64,000 nt of DNA from the human T2T-CHM13v2.0 reference genome, Homo sapiens: the NCBI RefSeq assembly GCF_009914755.1, contig NC_060933.1, one strand, 5' to 3'. The notes under the pieces are model-generated. The model saw nothing but the letters and a program-made list of their open reading frames with translations. It made no database searches and was not told the origin of the DNA. The translations under genes and the position numbers were made by a program. Positions 1-13,253 of this stretch are shown here, piece by piece (the stretch's first letter is position 1; every line of letters begins with the position of its first letter).

Positions 1-100
1 AAAGAAAGAAAGAAAGAAAGAAAGAAAAGAAAAGAAAGAAAGGAAAAGAAAAAAGAAAAGAAAAGAGAAGAGAAAAGAAAAGAAGAGAAAAGAAAAGAAA
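1..100 (+). repeat. (GAAA)n/(GAAAA)n polypurine simple repeat
   Basis: Pure A/G tract seen directly; probably a retrotransposon tail continuing from outside the window. Confidence 0.95.
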
Positions 101-689
101 ATCCTGCTTGAGGAGGAACAAGGGGAAGATTTCAGGCAAGGTTACATTTCCACTGTGCTTTAAAGGATGGGTTGGATTTTTCCAAGCAGAGATAGGACTG
201 GTGGTGGGTATCTGGAACAAATGTGTAGGTTGAAAAACCACACACAGGTGTGAAAGAGCACAGTACATCCAGGCAAAATTAGACAGCTGGTGCACAAAAG
301 GAAACAGCACCCAGAAATTAAACATTCACTTGCTTACTGGTAACTGAGTTACACTAACAGTCACTCCCTACAGTATTCAGCATGGAAGAAGAGATAAACC
401 AGGGCTCAGAGTGGCATGAACTAAAATGTTGGCTTACAACTATAAAACACTTAATCAGTTATACATTTTAAATCAGAATGACAAGGATAATCTGTTACTT
501 TAATAAGCCAAATACTGTAAAATAGTGCAAATAGCCAAAACAAATTTGTATAGATTTTTACACAAAATATTAATATCATGGATTTTTATTCTCATAAACA
601 TCTCTAGTCTTAATTCTGAATGTTTCTAGGATTAGTCCATTAACTTGTTTAAAAAGTTTTTTAATTATCACAAACAATTTTGAAGCTAC

Positions 690-780
690 CTTTTCAAGGA
701 ATCTTTGGAGGTGCCTCTTCAATTTGCTACACAAAAAATTTCTTAACAAGATAATTATTAGTTTGAATGCAGACTGAATT
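690..780 (-). pseudogene. Candidate pseudo-exon H (91 nt): (K)IQSAFKLIIILLRNFLCSKLKRHLQRFLEK
   Basis: Acceptor tgtctgtattttaaacaag and donor AAG|gtagct. Open in phase 2, as exon G requires. Confidence 0.3.
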
Positions 781-1829
781 CTTGTTTAAAATACAGACAG
801 GACAGAACCCTATTTATAACTATAACAAGGACTATAAAACATATAGAAGAAGATAATCAAACGTCCATGTCTCTGGAGTGGAGTTGTACCATGACAGAAT
901 TTCCAAGTCAGATTTGAGCCCAGATCCCCCATCCAGGGTTACTATACCACTTAAGAGAATTTTGAATTAATTTCAGTCTTATATTTTTAAGGAATATCGT
1001 ATTTTAATAGGTATTAAATATTATATTTTCCCATTTAGCTCAAGAGACCTTAGAGCTGAAAATAACCCTGAGTTCGTTTAGGGCCCAGTAGGGCCCTAAA
1101 ATTTATTTCAATACTAAAAAGACAGCTATGTAGATTCTCTATCATTTTAACCTGTCTTACCACAACTTCTAAGGTTGGTCTATTGACAGAGCCTAGCATG
1201 TTTTGGTGTTAAATAAATAATAGTTCCAAGGAAGATTGTTAAGCTTAATATTAAAAAGGATCTCATATAACTTTAAAATACCTACAATTCAGTAAGATAA
1301 AAATAAAGAAGAGAGAAAATAGAAATAAAGAGGGGAAAATGGGTAAAAAAATAAAATAAGGCCACAAGTTAGGTTAGTTTACCAAATAAAAATTATAACA
1401 TCTTATGTGCTATTAAGATGTTTAATTTCACAAATTTGAGTCTGGATTCCCTAGTGGCCAAGGCAAAGAAAAAAGTAGAATCCTACTTTCCATTAAGTAA
1501 TATCAAACAAGTAACTCAGAAGAATAACAAATATCCCTAGGTCTGAGTTTTCTGAGAAATTTATTTTATGGGTCCTCATAAACAAGACAATTTAAAATGT
1601 AGTTATAAAGAAGTTTCTGCCTTAAAGTTTCATAATCTGTGATATTTGAAGCAAACAAATGAAGTGCTAAAGAAGCCAAAAATAGAGTTCTTATGGGGAT
1701 ACTCCTTGGAGACCCATCTAGTTGCCCACGAGGTAAGTCCTCAAAAGACATCCATATAAAAAAGCAAGAAGTTTGTTTTTCGTAAGATGTCTCAAAACAG
1801 GGCAACGATAAAAACAATCACCAGCAATT

Positions 1830-1942
1830 CAGTTAACCTCTGTGGGCCTCAGTATCATCACTTGAAAAAGGGAAATATAAACAGGTGGAATAGGCTAGAT
1901 CATCCCTAAGGGTCCTTCTAGAACTAAAAAAGTGTGATTCTT
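1830..1942 (+). mobile_element. MIR-family SINE fragment
   Basis: ttaacctctgtgggcctcagt core and a ctagatcatccctaagggtccttctag tail. Confidence 0.6.
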
Positions 1943-2082
1943 AATTAAACTTTTACTAATCCCCTACTATGTGCTATGTTTCTCCGAATAAAAAAGATTT
2001 CTAAACCCATACATACACACATATGTCCCTTTGAGTGTTTCATAATTTCGCTATTTTGTAGAGTAGAATTGCTGCTACTTGC

Positions 2083-2285
2083 TTGTTATTACAGCAAGAA
2101 AGAATCCAATATTTGCACACCAATTGATCCATGAATGTCAACAGAGAGCACACAGCCTCTGCCCTCCTAAATTGTTCATCTGTGAACTTGGGTGAAAGTT
2201 GAAAACTCTTATCGAATATTCAAATCTCTTTTTGACAGCTTCTGTCTGACCGAAATTTTCAAACTAAATTGTATGGGTGCATATG
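2083..2285 (-). pseudogene. Pseudo-exon G (203 nt): HMHPYNLV*KFRSDRSCQKEI*IFDKSFQLSPKFTDEQFRRAEAVCSLLTFMDQLVCKYWILSCCNN
   Basis: Acceptor gttccttgtttag, phase 0. Both stops are TGA (CGA decay would give Arg). Donor gcaagt (GC or mutated GT). The 3' boundary is less certain. Confidence 0.6.
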
Positions 2286-2596
2286 CTAAACAAGGAACTT
2301 AACACCCTTCTGTTTTAAACAGTCATTGTATCTAAAATCTCAGGAACATTTCCCACCATTACAAATCCTTAACTGAAGGCACAAGTATTATGTTGGGCTT
2401 CTGAAACCTCAGGAACAAAATTAGGCAGAGCAGACAGAGCCCCCAGCAACTGGATGAGAGTGATAGACGTGAAGCTAACAAAAATTAACCATCTTAGTAT
2501 AAATTATAAAAGGTGATAGTAGAATCTTCAGAGCACTTTACAATATGACTATGCTCTGTACCTCCCAGGAGCCACAAACATGTAACATATACCAAA

Positions 2597-2640
2597 TGTA
2601 TGTGTGTGCGTGTGTATATGTGTGTGTGTGTGTGTATATA

Positions 2641-2672
<32 letters not shown>
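2597..2672. repeat. (TG)n(TA)n microsatellite
   Basis: Seen directly. Confidence 0.95.
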
Positions 2673-3038
2673 AATATGTACATCTCATAATATTTTTGGA
2701 GAAAATATTGGTAAACCCGGATTAGAACATTTTGCAATCACATTCTTTCCACCTCAGAAAGAACAATTATGTAACAGAAAGCATTTTCAGATCATTTTTA
2801 CAGTAGCAGGAGCCTGATATTTTTAGAGTGCTTTAGGTAAGTTCTCTTGGTGACAAAAATACTATGCACAGTGCTGCTAATGACATGACTCTCTAAAGAC
2901 ACAAACAACTCTTGGTAAATTTCCAAACAAACGAAAGCACATCATTTCTGCAATAAATCTTGTGGCTACATTTCTGAGAAGGTCGGCGCATATTAAAATT
3001 GTGCAAAAATTACTTTGAATCTATATGTAAAATAGTGT

Positions 3039-3787
3039 TGAAATAGGAGAGTTCCCTGACCCCCTTACAGAACATGCTACAGGGGTGTGGTGCATATGTT
3101 CAGCTGTCAGGCACTCAAACCCCTTATGGGAGGGGCAGCATGCAGATGGGATGGTATACAAGCCAGGGTAAGCACTTTTGGGCTCTGGCCCCATGGTAGT
3201 GTCTAGGGGTGGGTGCCTGCGACTCCTAAAGCCCTGGTAAGCATGTGTTACAGTGCTCCTTTAGCTCTGCCATCTACAGACAGCTTAAATGTTAACCAGC
3301 TCAGTGCCCTTTTGGTACCCAGGTCCTTGTCTGGCATCCAGGAAGAATCAGGTTACACACAGACTTGAAGGACGGTTAATTCAGGAGGTTTTATTGAGTG
3401 GTGGAGGTGGCTCTCAGCAGGATGGAGGGGGAGCTGGAAAGGGGATGGAGTGGGAAGATGATCTTCCCCTGGAGTTTGGTCATCCCGCTGCCGAACTCCT
3501 CTCCGACCATCCCCAGCCAAATTCCTCTCAACACTCAGACACTCCTTCTCTGCTGTGCTGCTCTTCTGTTCCTCCGCTCTTCTGCTCATCTGCTTGTGGA
3601 GCCTGGGGTTTGAGGTGTATGTGGGTAGAGGATAGGAGGCTATGGCAGGCCAAAAGCTAACAATTGGGTGTGAAAAGAGGAATGCCCGTTCCCATCTAGG
3701 TCTGAGGGTTTCCAGTCTTGAGGGTAATGCCTTTGCTGGGGAAGTGCCCTCTTCTACCCAGTATTTCCTTGCCTCCTATCTGTATCA
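3039..3787 (-). mobile_element. ERV1 solo LTR, LTR1-like
   Basis: The minus strand starts TGATACAGATAGGAGGCAAGGAAATACTGGGTAGAAGAGGG and ends ...TTTCA; 4-bp TSD GTGT. Confidence 0.85.
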
Positions 3788-3874
3788 GTGTTACTTTCTA
3801 TGTTCAGAAAATCATAAAGTGTTTTTTACCTGCATAAATGTCTAATCAGATATTAAAATATCATGTGAGATATG

Positions 3875-4291
3875 TGTTATGGGCTGAACTGTGATCCCCC
3901 AAATTCATATTTTGAAGTTCTAATTCCCAGTGCCCCAGCATGTAAGATGGGAGAATGTTAGAGTAGGGTGAGCCCTCAATCCAATATAACTGGTATCCTT
4001 ATACAAAGGGAAAATTTGGATACAGGAACACTCACAGGGAGAACACCATGTGAAGATGAAGGCAGAGTCTGAGGTGATGCTTTACAAGCCAAGAAACGCC
4101 AGAGATTGCTAACAAACCACAGGATGGGAGAGAGGCATGGAACAGATTCCCTCTCACAGCCCTCAGAAGGAACCAACCCTGCCAGGACCTTGATCTCAGA
4201 TTTAGCCCCTGGAATTGTGTGACAATACATCTCTGATATTTATGCCACTCAGTTTGTGGTCTTTGTTACAACAGCCCTTGGAAACTGATAC
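3875..4291 (+). mobile_element. MaLR solo LTR, MLT1B-like
   Basis: tgttatgggctgaactgtg start, cagccctcagaaggaaccaaccctgc, and a ttgttacaacagccc...ctgatac end. Confidence 0.85.
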
Positions 4292-4525
4292 GATGTGGAT
4301 TAGAGTGAGACTTCTCAAAGGATATCTTTTTATATCGTGTTAATTTTTTAAGCCAAGTGAATGTAGTACCCATTCAACATAGCATATTTTTTATACAATC
4401 CCATGCTAATGAGATACTGTCTCATGGGGAGCTGGGGAGAAGACAGCGAGAAAACCATTCAAATCCAGTCCACATGATTCCTCTGGCAGGGATCTACCAT
4501 TCTATAAAGTGGTAATGCTGAGTGC

Positions 4526-4695
4526 CTGAAGAACATCCCTGCATTGCTAGAAAAGCCTCTTCAGCCCACGCTCTGTCACAGCTTGGCTGGCCCCACGGCA
4601 GCAATGCAGAGTGAGAGAGCGGGGCTGATGACAAGCCATAGCAACCACCCCATCATCTTCCAAGACAAGGCAGTCGGTGATAGGGATCTGCCACC
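4526..4695 (-). pseudogene. LRR-like exon following the F-box: (W)WQIPITDCLVLEDDGVVAMACHQPRSLTLHCCRGASQAVTERGLKRLF*QCRDVLQ
   Basis: Acceptor ttgtgtttttgtttttccagtctctag|GG completes the T|GG Trp codon of the F-box exon. Shows an FBXL-type cysteine-containing LRR pattern (SLTLH-C...VT--GL--L---C--L). One TAG; donor is degenerate (CAG|gcactc), phase 0. Confidence 0.7.
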
Positions 4696-4959
4696 CTAGA
4701 GACTGGAAAAACAAAAACACAAGGACCTTAAAGAGCTCCCTTTGTCATCTCCTCCAGGAAAGAGCCTGCTCCCAGGTGTCCTCTTATTGGCCACAAAGAT
4801 TATGGCACACCAGTGGGACAGACATTGAAGTCCCAGTGGAAATGTCACCATACAGATATTGTGCCTGTCCTCAGGCTACTTAGAATCTAGCTGTAGAAGA
4901 CTTTCAGCAATCAAATGGTCCCATGTTTAGTGGCCCTTGATTAATGCTAAAGAAATACA

Positions 4960-5295
4960 GCATGTGGGGAGATCATAGGGAGGCTACATTAGGGAGCTGG
5001 AGAAGGCTTTCCCCAGGAAGAGACATTACACTGAAGTAGGAAGGAGGTTGGATATTACAGGATAAAGGGGAGCATGGCACCCATGGAGACTGCCCCAGGC
5101 AAAGGAAATGGTGTGTAAGAAGGCATTGAGGCAGGAAGGCATGGCTTAGAGAGTGAGGGAGGAGTGACCCAAGATGAGGCAGCAGGGTAGGCAGGGGCAG
5201 ACTGTGCATGGCCTGAGAGGCCACAATGAGGGCTTGAACCCAGTGGCTTTGAGTAAGGATCAGACCCGAGCTTTAAAAAATCTCAACTCTGGCCA
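4960..5295 (-). mobile_element. L2 LINE fragment
   Basis: Purine-rich L2 antisense motifs (aggctttccccaggaag, ccaggcaaaggaaatgg, agatgaggcagcagggtaggcagggg). Confidence 0.6.
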
Positions 5296-5399
5296 CCCCA
5301 TGAAGCTGCAACACTGCACCATGGTACTCGACAACCACGTCAGGTACTCAACAGCCAACCGCAGCAGATTGTTTTTAACACCCCCTCTTCTACAGGGCA

Positions 5400-6140
5400 G
5401 TGAGCTGTTTTTACTCACAGCACTTCTAACACCAAATGTTAGGGATGGGGGATTCTATACCAATGACCAATTCCTGAATTATTTAACACCAACAAGTCAT
5501 CTAGAATTCAATTCAATTCTAACACTAACTACCAGGACGTCACTTCAGACTGCATAGGTTTAAGGGCTATCCCACAAGAATACCCTTATTTCAGACACGA
5601 TTAGTGAGTACCAAGTCCCCAGGTTACCCACACTTCTGTCCAACTTGGCTACAAATGGGGAGTTCCCACATCCCTTCCCCCAACCTTGACAACTTGCTAC
5701 AACTCACAGAAGTTGTGCAGCACTGTACTCACTATTCCAGCTTTATTATAAAGGACATAGCTCGGGAGCAGCCAAATGGAAGAGATGCACAGGACAAGGT
5801 GTGAAGAGGGAGTGTGGAGCTGCCTTGCTCTCCAGGTGCCACCCTCCAAATCCAGAAGTTCTGAAACCCATCATTTAGGGGTTTTTATGATGGTTTCATC
5901 ATGTAGGTGAGATTGATTACCTGGAGGTTGAAGTGTGGTACTGAAAGTTTCAGACTTCTAATCAAAGTTTGGTCTTTCTGACAACCACCCCCATAATTAA
6001 GCTATCTATGGGCCCACGAAGACTCATCTCATTAGAACAAAGGACACTTCTATCACTCAGGGAATTCCAAGGGATTTCAGGAGCAGCTCTGTGTCAGGAA
6101 CAGGAGACAAAGACCAGATATATATTTCTTATTATACCAC
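5400..6140 (-). mobile_element. MER21-like solo LTR
   Basis: The minus strand begins TGTGGTATAATAAGAAATATATATCTGGTCTTTGTCTCCTGTTCCTGACACAGAGC; contains aattcaattcaattctaacactaactacc. Confidence 0.8.
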
Positions 6141-7639
6141 AAGGGCAAATTATTTTCAGTAATAATCATTATTCTCTTGAATTATTTGGTTTTAAAATAA
6201 TAATTTTAAAAACAATACTCTGAACTTTAAAAGCATTATTTAACTTTAGTAAATCACTTCATGTATGAACTAAAATGAGCACACACCAAAGATATTAAAC
6301 CTCATAGTTTCACCATAATAAATGTTAAACATATAAAGTCTCTGTGGTTATGTGAAATAAATTTAAGTTCTGTTTATTCATCTTTATAGTCACTGTATTC
6401 TCATTGTTTATTTTGGATCTACTGATGAAATGCTAGATTGTGTAGTTCCAGAAGAATTGAAGACAAAAACTGCAACCAAAGTGAGCTCCTCTGATCCCAA
6501 AATCATCATGAACTTAACTCTCCGTATGAATGTATATATCCAAATTCACACATGTCAGCCACTATGTAACTGGGAGCTCTCTGAGTTAATTTCCATGTAG
6601 AATACCACGTGTATTAAAAGGTAAGTATTAAAAATGAACTAATTTGAAGCTGGTATATTATTAATACTCAATAGCAACTGCAGTAATTATATAGAACTTA
6701 GACAATCAAAAGTTGTTTTTTTTTTTCAGGGATTAGTATTTTACTGCTGAAATTGTTGAGAATTGCCAGCGCATAATGATAATAAAAACAGACTGACTTT
6801 TAATAGGTTTTATTATTGCTTTTAAATTATTTACAGTAAATGTACCCCTTCCTGGCTATATCCTGGACAGACCTCTCTTCCAACCCAGCCCTTGGGACAC
6901 CACTGATGTGGAGAATGAATTGAAAGAGAGCAAGGAATTTCCAAGAGGCCTGTTAGGGAATTTAGGTGGTGGGACTTGGTGACTGATTGAATATGCAGGT
7001 GGGACCAGAAACGGGCTGTGTTAGCCCCCAGCTTTCTAGATGGGCCAGCAGGTAGGATGTAGACTTCTTAGTATGTAGGTAAGGACTGAAGCCAGAGGAA
7101 TGGATGCCATTGCCTGGGGAAACAGTGTTATATAATAGTTCTAAATCTTAATGAACTCCAACATTGAAAAGAGGATACATTGGCAAATATTATCTCCATT
7201 TTGCAACTGGAAAACCAAGAGACTGAGTAGTTAAGTCACTTTCCCAAAGCAAGTTAGCAGAAGAGCCAGGATTAATTTTTGGCCTCATTCTGGGCACCCA
7301 GTTATTTAATTTAAACGCATTTTAAGAAGACATCATCCTTCCTAAAACCTCTGGAGATACTGAAAAGTAACACAAAGGCTTATGGCTCTGCTGTGCCAGG
7401 GAAAAACTTCCTACAGACGTCAGTCTCTGACAGCTGGAATTCAGACCTGAAAAGCAGGTGGTGTGAAGGAACAATAGAGACTTTTTTTTCCTCTAGATAT
7501 AGATTATTTTTTTCCAGGAAGTCCCAGAAGGCTGCCAGAGATGTAAGAGAAAGCCCCAAAACAAGGCGTCGCAAAACCAAGAGGGGAAGATACTTCAAGG
7601 ACCAGAGGCTGTTTGTGCTGGTGTTTGTCAGTATCTCCC

Positions 7640-7780
7640 CAGACAGTTATCTTCCCTCCCCCAGTAAGACTATGATCTCCTTGAGAACAGGACTGAATTT
7701 TATGCCTTCTGACATTCCCAGTGCCTAACAACAGAGTGTCACTCATGGTAGGTGCCCAGTAATTGTAAGAGGATAAAATC
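7640..7780 (+). mobile_element. L2 3' end fragment
   Basis: agactatgatctccttgagaacagg...ttcccagtgcctaacaacagag...atggtaggtgccc. Confidence 0.6.
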
Positions 7781-8337
7781 AGATGGGACACTAGGCTTGG
7801 AATCAATTACCTAAATCTTGACCCTACTCTAGGAAAAACTAAATGTGTGGCCTTAATCAAATAGTTTAACTATTCTGAGGTTGGTCCAAATGGCTTCTTT
7901 TAGTTCTAAAATTTTACAGAAAGGATGACCAATTCCTGAATAATTAGTATTTTGCTCTTCATTCATGACAATGAATCACAGATTCAAAGATAAAGAGCTG
8001 GAAGGGCCCTTATACACCATCTCTCTTCCTCTAGCCCCTCATTCTAAGGAACCCCAAGTTGAGAAAGAGACCACATCTTGGTGAAGGTGAGTTAGGATTT
8101 GATACACATCTTCTCCCTCCCAAGCCTCTGCTTAAGCCTAAAAATCCATTGCCTTAATCCACTGCCTTTCTTCATGCATGGAACTAAAATGAAAATGTTG
8201 TATGGGGGTTTTCCAGGCTTCTCTCTTTAAAAATACCAAGTGGTTCCTTCCTTGGAATTTCACATTATGTTCTAACATACTGAAAATGATCAATGAAGGC
8301 TACTTGATTCTCTGAATATATATGCGCATGTGCGCAC

Positions 8338-8340
8338 AGA

Positions 8341-8373
<33 letters not shown>
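8338..8373. repeat. (CA)n microsatellite
   Basis: Seen directly. Confidence 0.95.
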
Positions 8374-9574
8374 TCAGGAAACTATAACTGAAACCCAACT
8401 CATAACCTACTTATTTATTTTCCATTGGTCTTCAGTATTGATAGTGCCAACTGTAACCGAGAGATAACTAGGAAAACTTTAGGCACTGTTGACAAGACTA
8501 ATCCTTGCTAGCCACAGACACCCCTTCTATGGCAGTTAGTGACTGCACTCAGACCAAAATAAAGCATATCATTGGAGAACTTTGTATGGCAATGTCTTCT
8601 ACTCTGCCTTAATAAAATACTCTGTGCTGCTTAATTTTGCCATGAAGGACCACTTCGGAAAACTTGTTTTTGCATATATTTCTATATAATATAAAATATA
8701 GTAGGAATTAGAAATGTTTGATAAATTTCAACTCAGCCATAATGATTTTAGTTAAGACATAGTTTAGCTGGTCCCATCGATTCTTTCTCTTAAAAGATAC
8801 ATTATTAACATCACCACTTCCCTTATACACCATGTATATTCATATTTTCTCTTTCTCTCTCTTGTTCTCACTCTCAGTTTCACTCTCCCTCTCTTAGTTT
8901 AGGACATATTGCTCTCTCCACAAGGCACTTATTAAATGGTATATATCTGATTAAACACACTTTTTCATTTTAATATGTTACTGCTTATATGAAATTTCTT
9001 GTTCCTTGCACATTCAAAGGAGCCCACCATTTATATTGCCCAAAACCCTAAAAAATTGTCGCTGAGTTTAAGAAGACCTTCTCTAATGCTATCAAAACTT
9101 CAGAAAAGATCTACATCAATAGAAAGTTATCTGAGCCCCTTTTCCTTTGTTTCTCCATCATGGCGACCCTGAGCTGCCTTCTTTCCTTCCTGGAAGTTAC
9201 AGCATTTCTTCTCCAACCCAGTAATTCAGCTACTTGTCAAAGACTTACAAATGCCACCCCCTGCCAGTAGAGTTCTCATACCAGACCTGTTGCACAAGGC
9301 TGTTTAACGCCTCTCTTCTTTGGATGTTCTTTTCTAGTCCTCAGTACCAAGGGAGCCTTAAGAAGGGAAACAAAAAGATAAAACTCCACAAGCTTCGCCT
9401 AGCCATATAGTGAGGACTGTGTGGCACGTTCCCTGGCAGCCCATATGATAGGCTCAAGTGTGTCACCTACTGCCATGGAATGTCATCTCACTGAGGTCAG
9501 GATATTTCTCCCAGCCATGCTGAGTACCTGACAGTTGTCAAACAACATTTCCACCACCCACTTGACAGGCTGCA

Positions 9575-9900
9575 TGGAATAGTGGAGAATGCATAGCGTA
9601 TAGCGTCTCAACATCTGGTTGAGCCCTGGTTCTGCTACTAACTGCTGTGTGACCTTTCAGAAGTTGCTTAACTTGTCTGGGCGTTGGCAAATACAGACTC
9701 CAGATAGCTGGAAAGTAAAGAGTAAATTAAGATAGCAGACCCAAGTTCTAGTGTACATTCTGCCACTTACCAGGTCTTTGCATCAATGGGGTTCAGATTC
9801 CTTAGTTTAAAAATGAGGACAATACCTGCCTGGTTTGTATAGTGTCACTGTCAGGAGGAAAGGACAGAAGCGATGTGGAAAGCCCTGTGAACTACACAGT
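9575..9900 (+). mobile_element. Two adjacent MIR fragments
   Basis: ctggttctgctactaactgctgtgtgacc and tctgccacttaccagg...aaaatgaggacaatacc cores. Confidence 0.6.
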
Positions 9901-10886
9901 CTTCTGCAAATTGACTGGCTGGCACCCTCCTTTGGCCTCTTTGCTTTATCTATTTGACCGTAAGGTCTCATTTGAAAGTTCAAACCTTTCTAGAACCCTT
10001 TCTTCCCAGCACTGAAAGTACCATCCACAGTCCTTATTTTCAGTCATGTAATTTCAGACAGGCCAGTCACTTCTGAATACTAGATTTCTCTCTGCATGAG
10101 TCACAGTGAGAAAACTCACAGCTGGGCAAGAAGCTAGTCTCCTCCCCTTCTCTGCCCTGACCCTGTGTTCCCACTTCCTGAGTGCACCTGATGGCCTTTG
10201 AAACACTCAAAAGTCAGGAACTTCTAAAGCACAAAGAGTCAGAGCATGATTTCCACAAGTTCTCTACCTAGGTTGGCCATCTCTCTTTCTACCCCATGGT
10301 GATATCCTTGCTCACAATCCAATTTTTCTAAAGCCTGCCTTTTTCTGTCTTTGCATTGGCATACTATTTTCTTCCTGCTTGCTTTTAAAATAAGAATCCT
10401 TGCCTCATTGCATTAATAAAGTGTTCTCATGTAGGTGAAATAACTAACACTTTACTGTGGGTTCACAACTATCTAAGGAAATAATGGAGGAAGGTATTTT
10501 CACTCCTACTTTAGAATGAAAAAAGGAGGCCCAGAAATTCTGTGTGGCTTGCCCCAAGATCACACCGAAAGGAGGTAGCAAAGTCTAGCCTCATCTACCA
10601 GCCTGCTGAGTCAGAGCTAACCTTCTTCCCACCACCTCTTGTGGGTTAGTAAGAAAAACAAGAGGCACAGCCAAGGGAGAACACTTATGTCACCCAGTAC
10701 AAACAGGCAGCCTGAATCCAGAGGTAAACCAGAAAGGAATAAAAGGCAAAGGCAGCTGAGTCCAAGAACAATGGGCAGCATTTTGGAGCCGTTCAATTCC
10801 CAAGTCAGGTTACAGGGCCATAAATACATTTTAAGGCCTTTAGAATACCTGGATGCTCTGTGACCCTTCTTCTATCTGTGTTTGGG

Positions 10887-11248
10887 TGTATTAGTCCATT
10901 TTCATGCTGCTGATGAAGACATACCCAAGACTGGGTAATCTATAAAGAAAAAGAGGTTTAATGGACTCACAGTTCCATGAGGCCAGGGAGGCCTCACAAT
11001 CATGGCAGAAGGTGAAAGGCATGCCTTACATGGCAGCAGACAAGAGAGAATGAGAACCAAGCAAAATGGATTTCCCCCTATAAAACCATCAGATGTTGTG
11101 AGATGTATTCACTACCATGAGAACAGTATGGGGGAAACCGCCCCCATGATTAAATTATCTCCCACCGGGTCCCTCCCACAACACATGGGAATTATGAGAG
11201 CTACAGTTCAAGATGAGATTTGGGTGAGGACACAGCCAAACCATATCA
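10887..11248 (-). mobile_element. THE1B-like MaLR solo LTR
   Basis: TGTATTAGTCC...CCAAACCATATCA termini; 5-bp TSD TTGGG. Confidence 0.92.
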
Positions 11249-12059
11249 TTGGGTTCCCTACACTTCCTTCAGACTTCAAAGACAAGGGACTTCTGGTGAA
11301 AAATACACAAAGCTTCCTCATTTTCCATTTAGAGCTTGAATGGGTTGAGGTGGAACTATAAAAGTACTAATGAGAATATTCTGGAACAAACAAAACATAA
11401 TTTTCTCCATTTTATCTGTTCACTGCAACAGTCATACAAGACAGAGCCAAAGTGGTGCTTAGATTCAGCAGTCAACTGCCAGCATGATTTGGTTTCAGAA
11501 ATTCCAGGACAGCAGTTTGGTGCAATAAAAAGAACACCAGCTCTCAGTCAGCAGACTCAAGTTTCCATCCCAGGATCTGTCACTTAATAGTTATATGGCC
11601 CTGGGATTCCTTTACCCTGACTGAAAACATAAGAATAATATCTCTTTTGAAGACTTTATAGACAGCAGATGTCACAAACTTATGGCCCATGCATCATATC
11701 TGGTCCAAAGAGATAATTTCCTTGTCTCACACAATTACAAAAATTATTCTAAAAAATTTCTTTAGAAGAGGCCTGCCTTCTTCCATCTGGCACACACATA
11801 CTCTTCTCTCTGATCTTATATTGACCTGCATCTGGAGTTTGTGTTCCCTCCTCAAGCCCATGGTCATTTAATTTCAACCTCTTCTTCAGGAATTCCACAA
11901 AAATGTGAAAGCTCCTAGCAGATAACAAGCACTCAATGAATATTCTGGTTCTCTGAAGTATGAGCACTGTTTGCTACCTGATAAAAGGACACTCTGTAAT
12001 TGGAGTTCCAGTTCCAGCTTTCAGTCTCTGTTGCTGGTTCCTCATGTTCTTTACCCTAC

Positions 12060-12262
12060 CAGTGGTGGAATGCCCAGGGCATAGATCTTCAACCCCTCTT
12101 CTTTCCTAATTACACTCACTCCCTTTAGTGGCCCCATCCAATCTTATGATTTTAAATATGATCAACTTACTGATGACTCCAAAATTTGTAGATCTGGAAC
12201 AGGCACCTCCCAGGGATTCCACACTCATTTATATAACTGCCTCTTTGACTACCTTCACTTAA
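12060..12262 (+). mobile_element. L2 fragment
   Basis: gcccagggc...cccctcttctttc...tgatgactccaaaatt...aactgcctctttgac. Confidence 0.6.
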
Positions 12263-12901
12263 CTAACAGTGGGATAATCATCCATCCCAGTTTATCCAGA
12301 ACCTTCCTGGCTTGCACAGAACAATTCTGGGTTGTGCCTATGGTCTCAGCAGCAACCCATCTGATAGTCCTGGATTGCTCATCTTTAATAAAGCATTGTC
12401 ATTTTTAGTTTAATTATGCTAAGTTGGGATGGGTTAGTGAGACCTCCACTTTGTACTTCATGGTTCTGTCATGATTTTGTCTAGTAATGTGTAAGATGCA
12501 TGGTGATAAACAGTTTTCACTGTAACACATGGATACATTTTAAATAATTCATCTCTCTTTCCCCAACACTTTCCAGATGAAATATAACTAGTGCTTCTTT
12601 CTCAAGGACAGCATGGAGGATACTTGCTAGTTTATTTTTTAAAGTCCTAGATACAGGAGATGGCTAACTCTTTCTGGTGAGAGCTAATTCTAGGAAAACT
12701 ACTGGAAGCTACTTCTACAGTCAGCCAGTTGTACTGTGTAATGCCAAAATGGCCCGCAAGACACACAAAGATGCAGGTAGCCAAAACTAAGATCTGTGGG
12801 AAACGTAAGTGATAGGTTAGTGTGCGTGAAAGTATGCATAAAATAGGGACTTAGCAGTTCTACAAGTAGTAATCTACTGTCTACATATTCTTGTGACAGA
12901 G

Positions 12902-13253
12902 TACTATGGTTTGAATGTGTCCCCTCAAAATCCATGTGTTGGAAACTTAATCCCTCTGCTCTAGGGCTCTGCCTTCATGAATGAAATAATGCCACTATCA
13001 CAGGAGTTGGTTTGTTACTGTAGGGATGACTTTATTATAAGAGTAAGCTCTTTCTGTCTCTCTTGTTCTTGCCTTCTTGCCAGGTGATGCCCTTTGTCAT
13101 GTTATAACGCACTGAGAAGGGCCTCAACTAGATGTCACCACCACACTTTTGGACTTCCCAGCCTCTAGAACTGTGAGCTAAATAAACTTCTTTCCTTTAT
13201 TAATTACCTAGTCTGTAGTATTATGTTATCACAACAGAAGACAGACTAAGATA
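12902..13253 (+). mobile_element. MST-type MaLR solo LTR
   Basis: ctatggtttgaatgtgtcccc start, ttggacttcccagcctctagaactgtgag, agactaagata end. Confidence 0.8.
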
